Shown one piece after another: positions 57,721 to 64,000 of a stretch of DNA of 64,000 bases. Within the stretch, counting starts at the first letter, position 1; every line of letters starts with the position of its first letter. The notes below the pieces were generated by a model. The model was not told where the DNA came from. It did not search any database and saw only the letters and a program-made list of their open reading frames with translations. The DNA is from Candidatus Bathyarchaeia archaeon. GTDB lineage: Archaea > Thermoproteota > Bathyarchaeia > Bathyarchaeales > Bathycorpusculaceae. Where the stretch lies: assembly GCA_049512075.1 (NCBI GenBank), contig JBEKXL010000002.1:128001-192000 (forward strand). Direction: 5' to 3'. A program made the position numbers and the translations under genes.

Positions 57721-58230
57721 CTAATCTGCATACTCCACTCGCAACGTTATGTTGCGAACTTTACTGGCAATCTCCTTTAAAGCGTTTACATCAAGGGAAG
57801 AATGCGCCCCACGCTTCCTTCCCAGTATGACCCTAGTCTCTGTAGTTCCGTCAGGCAGCCATATCGTATTTATCGTCATGATGCTCAATGGAGCAAACAG
57901 GTCTTCTAGGAACTTTCTATTGTCAACCCCGTTCTCCAAAATACGAATACTCTTGCCCGTTTCTTCACTCAAAGTCTTAACGATTTTTCCTCCGTATCCC
58001 AGAAGACGAGGAACATCCCCCGGACCGACTACTATCGCTAACGTTCTGCTCGTTTCAATGGTTTTATGAAAATAGACGTTCTGAAGCGAGGGGAACTTTT
58101 CTTCTAGAGACAGGAGCAAACGGGCCACTCTCAAGTCTGTTTCACTCACTTCTCCAGACTTTAGTTTAGCTAAACACTTTTGGCACAGTATACCGCTCTT
58201 TAGGCAGAAACTGCAAAGACTCATCTTCAA
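57721..58230 (-). CDS. NusA-like KH-domain protein
   Basis: CSFCLKSGILCQKC and LLGYGGKIVK KH loop; conserved next to aspS. Confidence 0.8.
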   Translation of the reverse strand: MKMSLCSFCLKSGILCQKCLAKLKSGEVSETDLRVARLLLSLEEKFPSLQNVYFHKTIETSRTLAIVVGPGDVPRLLGYGGKIVKTLSEETGKSIRILENGVDNRKFLEDLFAPLSIMTINTIWLPDGTTETRVILGRKRGAHSSLDVNALKEIASKVRNITLRVEYAD

Positions 58231-58297
58231 CTATGGGATGGCCCTCCACAAACAAAGGAGGGGGCGGCGGAGCATTGCTTTCTGTACTAACAGTGTT

Positions 58298-58576
58298 CTA
58301 TCGTTCAAGCGAAATCTCGATTGTGCTGACGTTTGAAGGCGAGCCACCCTCTTCTCTGGGTGCCATCTGCTGTGTTCCAATGCTAATTCTTTTGATCTTC
58401 ACGTCTGGCAAGAATCGGCGTCTGACAACCTCGACGATGTCAACCGCTCGACTTATGGATCTCCCTCGCGCCTTAACATTTACTTCTTTTGCTCCGCCGT
58501 GAAAGAGGGTTATGCATGCCAGTACATAGTTCATTACTGGCTTGTTTCCGATTAACACTGCGTTGCTTTCTGACAT
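58298..58576 (-). CDS. albA: DNA/RNA-binding protein Alba
   Basis: [24 protein letters not shown] and VSTIEI. Confidence 0.96.
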   Translation of the reverse strand: MSESNAVLIGNKPVMNYVLACITLFHGGAKEVNVKARGRSISRAVDIVEVVRRRFLPDVKIKRISIGTQQMAPREEGGSPSNVSTIEISLER

Positions 58577-58787
58577 TCTTTACCGCCTCGCTCCTAGTTT
58601 CCCTTTTTTTTGTAGGCTTCTTAACCTTCTTTGTCGGCAAATAAATACATTACGGTTTAAATCTTCAGTTGACAAAAGCCTGATTTTGAAAAGAATCTGT
58701 TTTGTTTCAGTTTCTTGCTAAACATTTAAATAAACGGTACCATTGTAAACACCAATCTTCACAAAATACAATGATCGGGGAGACAGT

Positions 58788-59246
58788 TTGGAGGCTCTTA
58801 CAAGACGTTCGAGGCAACTCTTGCGGTTGCTCTGCGACAAGGGCAAGTCGACGAACACGCACACTTTACACTTGAAGCAGGATGAATTGGCGAGACAGTT
58901 GGGCATAAGCAGACAAGCTTTAAACGTTCACTTGCGAAAGCTCAGAGACCTGAACTACATAAGGACTGGAAGAGGCTTCATAGACGTGACTGAAGAGGGG
59001 CTAAGCGCGCTCGGGATTTCCGCGACTCCTGCCTTCATATTCATCAAGGTTTCGCCTCTCAAGAGAAGCTATGTCTATGACAAGATCAAGGAGCTTGCTG
59101 TTCAAAAGGCCTTCAGAATCGCGGGCGATGTGGATGCTCTGGTGATGACGGAAAGGGAAAATCTTGACGAAATTTTAAAGAGGCTATCCTCTATCGACGG
59201 TATACAGGACACCAAGTCGTACATTGCGATAGAAACGATAAGATAA
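58788..59246 (+). CDS. Lrp/AsnC-family regulator
   Basis: QDELARQLGISRQALNVHLRKL HTH plus IAGDVD RAM domain. Confidence 0.85.
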   Translation: MEALTRRSRQLLRLLCDKGKSTNTHTLHLKQDELARQLGISRQALNVHLRKLRDLNYIRTGRGFIDVTEEGLSALGISATPAFIFIKVSPLKRSYVYDKIKELAVQKAFRIAGDVDALVMTERENLDEILKRLSSIDGIQDTKSYIAIETIR

Positions 59247-59259
59247 GGAGAGTGTCTGA

Positions 59260-60408
59260 TTGAAACTGTTTGAGTATGAAGCGAAAAATATACTTACGAA
59301 ATACGGCGTTCCAGTGCCTCAAGGCGGACTGGCGTCAGATCCTCATCAATCACGTGAAGTTGCGGCAAGGCTGAAAATGCCGGTTGCAGTTAAAGCACAG
59401 GTTTTGGTCGCGGGAAGAGGCAAGGCAGGCGGCATTCTGTTCGCCAGCTCTGTTGAAGAGACTGAGAGAACCGCGGAAAAACTGTTGAACATGCAGATAA
59501 AGGGTATACCCGTCAAAAACGTGTGGGTCGAAGAGAAAATTCAGGTGAAAAGAGAACTGTACTTCGGCCTAACCATTGACAGGTTCAGACAGCAATACGT
59601 CGCCATTGCTTCAGGCGTCGGGGGAATGGATATAGAGGAAGTAGCCTCCAAAACCCCTGAGAGAGTGATAGCAACTCCGATAAACCCTGACTTCGGTTTT
59701 CATCCTTTTCAGGCGCGGCAGATTGCGAAAAGAATGGGGTATTCTGGCACCCAAATCTCAGAACTCGGGAGAATTATCGAAAAGCTCTACCTGGTCGGCA
59801 TGGACTACGATACAGAACTGATCGAGATGAACCCGCTGGTGGAAACCTCTGACGGAAAATTCTTGGCGGCAGACGCGCGCATGATAATCGACGACAATGC
59901 CCTGTTCCGTCATCAGGAATACAGGAAGAAGCTTCTTGAAGGAGAGAGTGAACTCAGTCCGCAGGAGGTTGAAGCCGTCAAGAACGATTTAGCATACGTG
60001 AAGCTCGAAGGAAACATCGGCGTCATAGGCAACGGAGCAGGCTTGGTGATGGCGACATTGGACACTATTCAGTACTACGGCGGAAAACCAGCGAACTTTC
60101 TGGACGTTGGAGGAGGGGCGCCCTCAGAAAAAACGGCGCTTGCCCTCAAGATAGTGCTTTCAGACGCGAAGGTCAGAGTGCTTTTCATAAACATTTTGGG
60201 GGGAATCACCCGTTGCGACGAGGTTGCAAAAGGAATCTTGGAGGCTAAGGAGAAGGTCGGAGTAACGAAACCATTGGTAATCCGGCTGATGGGCACAAAC
60301 GAGGAGGAGGGAAAACGGATACTGACGGAGGCTGGCATTGACGTGTTGGAAAGCATGGAAGAGGCCGCTCAGCGAACTGTTGAAATCTCCAAGACGGGGG
60401 GCGCATAA
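59260..60408 (+). CDS. sucC: succinyl-CoA synthetase beta subunit
   Basis: KLFEYEAK, KAQVLVAGRGKAGG, EMNPL, GNGAGLVMAT and ANFLDVGGG. Confidence 0.96.
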   Translation: MKLFEYEAKNILTKYGVPVPQGGLASDPHQSREVAARLKMPVAVKAQVLVAGRGKAGGILFASSVEETERTAEKLLNMQIKGIPVKNVWVEEKIQVKRELYFGLTIDRFRQQYVAIASGVGGMDIEEVASKTPERVIATPINPDFGFHPFQARQIAKRMGYSGTQISELGRIIEKLYLVGMDYDTELIEMNPLVETSDGKFLAADARMIIDDNALFRHQEYRKKLLEGESELSPQEVEAVKNDLAYVKLEGNIGVIGNGAGLVMATLDTIQYYGGKPANFLDVGGGAPSEKTALALKIVLSDAKVRVLFINILGGITRCDEVAKGILEAKEKVGVTKPLVIRLMGTNEEEGKRILTEAGIDVLESMEEAAQRTVEISKTGGA

Positions 60409-60410
60409 GC

Positions 60411-61286
60411 TTGGGAATAATAATTGGCAAAGACACGCGTGCAATCGTTTGGGGAATAACTGGGACTCAGGGAAGTTTCCATACCAGGCTGATGCTAGAA
60501 TACGGGACAAAAATAGTTGCGGGCGTGACGCCGGGAAAAGGAGGAACTCGGGTTGAAGACGTGGCAGTCTACGACGCGGGTGAGGAGGCACAAGAGAAGC
60601 ATCATGCTGACGCTTCAATAATCTTTGTGCCCGCTCCATTCGCTGCAGATGCAGCTCTGGAGGCCCTGGAAAACGGGATAAAAACCCTTGTGATAATAAC
60701 TGAACACATTCCCATCAAAGACGCGATCAACGTGATGGCCTATGCCAAACAGGCTAACGCAACGGTAATCGGACCTAACACTCCTGGCATAATATCGCCT
60801 GAGGCGTGTAAACTGGGCATTATGCCCTCGCACATCTTCAAGTCAGGCAGCGTGGGCATGGTTTCGCGCAGCGGAACGCTCACGTACGAAATAGCCGCGG
60901 GATTGACTCGAAAGCGGTTGGGGCAGTCTACATGTCTCGGTTTGGGAGGAGACCCAATAACGGGACTGAATTTCATAGACGCCCTGAAGATGTTTGAAAC
61001 TGATTCTCAGACGAAAGCTGTTGTCCTAATAGGAGAGATTGGAGGCAACCTTGAAGAGTTGGCGGCAAAATACATTTCAGAGGAAGCGTATCCAAAACCC
61101 GTTGTGGCCTTCATAGCTGGACGTTCGGCTCCGCCTGGAAAACGCATGGGGCATGCGGGTGCAATCGTGATGGGCAAAGCAGGGACAGCTGAAAACAAGA
61201 TTGACGCCTTAAGAAATGCTGGGGTGAAAGTGGCTGAAAAACCTAGCGATGTGGCAGAGCTTTTGGCCAAGCTGATTACAGCTTGA
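60411..61286 (+). CDS. sucD: succinyl-CoA synthetase alpha subunit
   Basis: [23 protein letters not shown] and MGHAGA. Confidence 0.96.
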   Translation: MGIIIGKDTRAIVWGITGTQGSFHTRLMLEYGTKIVAGVTPGKGGTRVEDVAVYDAGEEAQEKHHADASIIFVPAPFAADAALEALENGIKTLVIITEHIPIKDAINVMAYAKQANATVIGPNTPGIISPEACKLGIMPSHIFKSGSVGMVSRSGTLTYEIAAGLTRKRLGQSTCLGLGGDPITGLNFIDALKMFETDSQTKAVVLIGEIGGNLEELAAKYISEEAYPKPVVAFIAGRSAPPGKRMGHAGAIVMGKAGTAENKIDALRNAGVKVAEKPSDVAELLAKLITA

Positions 61287-61374
61287 AAGCGCCATGTGTT
61301 GCGGAGAGAGCTGGCAAAAAGTATATTTGACACTGGAGTGTTTCACTCTTAGCTACATAAGAGAGAATGGACAA

Positions 61375-61536
61375 ATGCCGATACTTGATCCTCTGAAGAA
61401 GACTCTTGCTCAAGAACACCGGCTTCACATGAAGATATGCCGAAAGTGCGGTGCAAGAAACGCTGCGACTGCGGTGAAATGCAGGAAATGTCACAGCAAG
61501 AACTTACGATGGAAGAAACGCGAAATCGTGAAGTAG
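61375..61536 (+). CDS. rpl40e: 50S ribosomal protein L40e
   Basis: KICRKCGARN...KCRKCHSKNLRWK; start at ATG 61375. Confidence 0.93.
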   Translation: MPILDPLKKTLAQEHRLHMKICRKCGARNAATAVKCRKCHSKNLRWKKREIVK

Positions 61537-61555
61537 CTTCCAGTTTCTTTTTTCC

Positions 61556-62170
61556 TCAAAGGATTTTTGAAAGGTTTTCGATGTTGAAAGTTGTGTTTGC
61601 GCAGCCATTTTTTATTAACGGAACAGTTTGGCCGCTTATGTTCATAGCTTTCAGTGTTTCCCCTCCGGTTCTTACCTCTTCACCACAGGCTACTCCGATG
61701 ATGCCTTCATAGTGTTTCGCGTTCAAAATCTTTGGAATGCAAGAGCCGCCGGGCAAAATGTAAACGTCATAGCCTTTTTCCTTGGCTAACAGTTCAGCTT
61801 TTCCAACTTGACAATCCGGAGAACAGTGAGCGCAGACGTAAGATGGAAGAGACGGGTCGAAGGTTGCTTTGCATCGGCTGTCCATGAATTTTCTGGAGCA
61901 GTGAGGCAGAAGCAACGCTCTTCTCTTCGTTTGAATGAATCTTTCCCGTTCCACGAGGTTTCTGGCCTGCACATCTATGAGGTCTTCAAGGAGGGTTACG
62001 GCGTCAGACAAGTTGAGGCCTGTTGCCTCTTGAATCTTGAACTTCCTTATCATTTCTTGAACGGTTTTGCCGACCTTTCTATGCATGTCCCTTTGGTAAG
62101 CAGCCGTGGCAACTTCAGTGAAGAAGAAACGCGATATCCTCGAAAGGTCGAACGTAAACCTGTATGGCAT
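61556..62170 (-). CDS. DUF116-family protein
   Basis: LLLPHC...C...CAHC...C, YILPGGS and GVAC pattern. Confidence 0.8.
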   Translation of the reverse strand: MPYRFTFDLSRISRFFFTEVATAAYQRDMHRKVGKTVQEMIRKFKIQEATGLNLSDAVTLLEDLIDVQARNLVERERFIQTKRRALLLPHCSRKFMDSRCKATFDPSLPSYVCAHCSPDCQVGKAELLAKEKGYDVYILPGGSCIPKILNAKHYEGIIGVACGEEVRTGGETLKAMNISGQTVPLIKNGCANTTFNIENLSKIL

Positions 62171-62250
62171 ACGCTCCTAATGGAAGAACAAACCTTTAAG
62201 ATTACCTATTATTATAGTAGGGTTAAATCCAGAATATTTACGAGAAGGAG

Positions 62251-62652
62251 ATGCTTCAATTGGCAAAAACGTCTGAAAAAGGAAAAGAGAAAAGCAAAGC
62301 GAGCGCGGTAACAGCAACAAATTTGACAACACTCGAACAAGTTTGCGGAAGCGACAAGGAGACATATCAAACCCTGTCCTACATGTTCCTTGATCCTAGG
62401 AAAATCGATGTTTCCACGAAACAGGCTGTTGACAATGCCAAAAAAGCTGAGAAGGAAAAAGACATTACAAGTGCCAGAATGTGGTATGAAGTTGCTGGCG
62501 GACTAGCAATTTACGAGGGCGACACGAAAAAAGTAGTGGAGTACTACGGTGGGGCAGAAAGGGTTACTGGTGAAAAATATCTAATCGTGAACAATCCGGA
62601 TAAAGCCGTGGCCAAGGCGCAGGAATACTATAAGCAATATTTGCACTCCTAA
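62251..62652 (+). CDS. conserved hypothetical protein
   Basis: ORF with helical TPR-like composition. Confidence 0.6.
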   Translation: MLQLAKTSEKGKEKSKASAVTATNLTTLEQVCGSDKETYQTLSYMFLDPRKIDVSTKQAVDNAKKAEKEKDITSARMWYEVAGGLAIYEGDTKKVVEYYGGAERVTGEKYLIVNNPDKAVAKAQEYYKQYLHS

Positions 62653-62708
62653 TGCGTGGCGAGGCGAAAAACCAAAACAGTTGCAAGCAAGGCTGTCAGA
62701 CAGCGTCT

Positions 62709-63140
62709 CTATTGCTTTTCTTCTTCTTTATACCCCAAAAGGGCCCTCAGAGATTTTGCTTCGCTTCGCAGCATGCTCACCTCGTTCTCAAGAGCGTCGA
62801 CTCTTGATTCTGCAACTTTTCTCAAATTCTCAATTTCAACCATTAGACTTCCACGTTCAGTTTCTAGGGTGTTTATTTTTTCGCGAAGATTCATCAGCGT
62901 CTGCATAAGCTCCCCTTTTATGCCTTTAATTCTTCCAACCATGTTCTTAATGTTTGCTGTCTCTCCGAGTCCAGTTTCAGTCTCCACAGCAGATCTAAAC
63001 CTGGCCTTGCAGTTCGGACATTCATATATGCCAACATGCCGGGGTTGCTCACCCTCTTTCAAAGGTTCTCTTGAAGGAATAGCCCAAGTCTTGACTGGCG
63101 TCTTGACATTATTCCCGCACTTTGGGCAATTAACCAAATT
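62709..63140 (-). CDS. Cren7-like zinc-ribbon protein with C-terminal coiled coil (start approximate)
   Basis: CPKCG...PVKTW...VGIYECPNCKARFR followed by heptad repeats. Confidence 0.6.
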   Translation of the reverse strand, partial: NLVNCPKCGNNVKTPVKTWAIPSREPLKEGEQPRHVGIYECPNCKARFRSAVETETGLGETANIKNMVGRIKGIKGELMQTLMNLREKINTLETERGSLMVEIENLRKVAESRVDALENEVSMLRSEAKSLRALLGYKEEEKQ

Positions 63141-63328
63141 GCTCTCCTCCTCCCCCCGGTAAACATCACACGTTTGGTCTAAAATGCGTTTTGCAATGAA
63201 AACCAAATCGAATCTGCAAGGCCAAGCTGTTGCCCGCAAACTGAAAGCTATGCCTGGCTCTTAACGAAAGGGTTCCGAGCCTTGGGCTGGAATGACGACG
63301 TTTAGCACTAAGAAAAAGGGAAGAGGGT

Positions 63329-64000
63329 TTAGAGCGTCATTTGAAATGTCAATCGTTCAACAAGCTCTTTGTAACGGTTTCGGATGGTGACCTCAGTCAC
63401 TTGAGCTATCTCGGCTATCTCTCTTTGTGTTTTTCTTTCTCCGGTCAGAACTGAGGCGATATAACTTGCTGCGGCTGCGATGCCGGTTGGGCCTCGACCT
63501 GAAGTCAGCTTCAGTATTTTTGCGGCTGCCAAGATTTTGTGGGCGATTTCTTCAACTTTTCCCTGCATTGTCAGCTGGTTTGAGAACTTAGTTATGTACT
63601 GGCTTGGTTTGAGTGGTGGAATAACATAGTTGAGCTCCTTGATTAGGAAGCGGTAACTGCGGCCTACTTCCTTCTTGTTAACGCTTGACGCTTGCGCTAT
63701 CTCTTCCAGTGTTCTTGCCAGCCCGCATTGTCTGCAAGCCAGATAGATGGCTGCTGCCGTTACGCCTTGAATCGATCTTCCTCGTATCAGTCGTTCTTTG
63801 ACGGCTTTTCGGTAAATCACTGACGCTGTTTCAAGAATGCTTTTTGGAAGGTTCAGGTTGTTAGCGATTTTTGTAATTTCGGACAATGCAAAGGCGAGGT
63901 TCCGTTCTGTTGCGTCTGAGACTCTTATTCGACGCTGCCATTTTCGGAGACGATATACCTGCGCCTTTTGTCCGGGTGACAGGCTCTTGCCGTAAATGTC
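63329..64000 (-). CDS. tfb: transcription initiation factor IIB (5' end outside the window)
   Basis: RLRKWQRR...ERNLAFAL, LIRGRSI, RTLEEIA, GRGPTGIAAA and TQREIAEIAQVTEVTIRNRY. Confidence 0.96.
   Translation of the reverse strand, partial: DIYGKSLSPGQKAQVYRLRKWQRRIRVSDATERNLAFALSEITKIANNLNLPKSILETASVIYRKAVKERLIRGRSIQGVTAAAIYLACRQCGLARTLEEIAQASSVNKKEVGRSYRFLIKELNYVIPPLKPSQYITKFSNQLTMQGKVEEIAHKILAAAKILKLTSGRGPTGIAAAASYIASVLTGERKTQREIAEIAQVTEVTIRNRYKELVERLTFQMTL

Noticed and set aside
59005-59880. GCGCGC hexamers inside the Lrp and sucC genes (also at 9671 and 10064)
   Set aside because: Short, in frame and within the number expected by chance; not counted as cassette boundaries.
381-63162. 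Numerous antisense or overlapping ORFs in the track (e.g. 39596-40423, 41540-42310, 53931-54581)
   Set aside because: They are shadows of well-supported genes on the opposite strand or frame and have no recognisable motifs.
1-64000. CRISPR array
   Set aside because: No run of equal-length repeats with unique spacers was seen; the GGGCTC and GTNNAC repeats do not fit and no cas genes are present.

Overview
Archaeal chromosome segment; the gene content (Alba, TFB, L18a/L31e/L39e/S19e, Ftr-like protein, Cren7-like protein, many wHTH regulators) points to Bathyarchaeia. Conserved blocks lie at 1-5.4 kb (argF, ftsY, ribosomal/RNase P operon), 39.4-42.8 kb (purSLQ) and 50-64 kb (pfkB-ftr-HAD-purD-purF, aspS, alba, sucCD, rpl40e, tfb). 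Between them is heavily rearranged accessory DNA. Main observations: (1) An 8.1-kb single-transposase IS6-family unit transposon (15214-23306) has ~60-bp TIRs and a perfect 8-bp TSD. It splits a host gene and carries a type IIG-like R-M enzyme plus small cassettes separated by a GGGCTC direct repeat. (2) Alternating (GC)n runs recur at accessory-gene boundaries and gene-truncation points, and a small TIR element occurs twice flanked by GCGCGC. (3) The native purM is broken and partly deleted, with a 5.9-kb insert that carries a different intact purM. (4) A candidate defence locus encodes a SAMHD1-like HD protein, a stand-alone primase, a TBP-like/HEPN protein and RNase HIII. (5) An integrase-less island sits at an intron-containing tRNA-Leu, and an integrase tail remnant sits at tRNA-Arg. 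All calls come from reading motifs by eye; no database searches were run.
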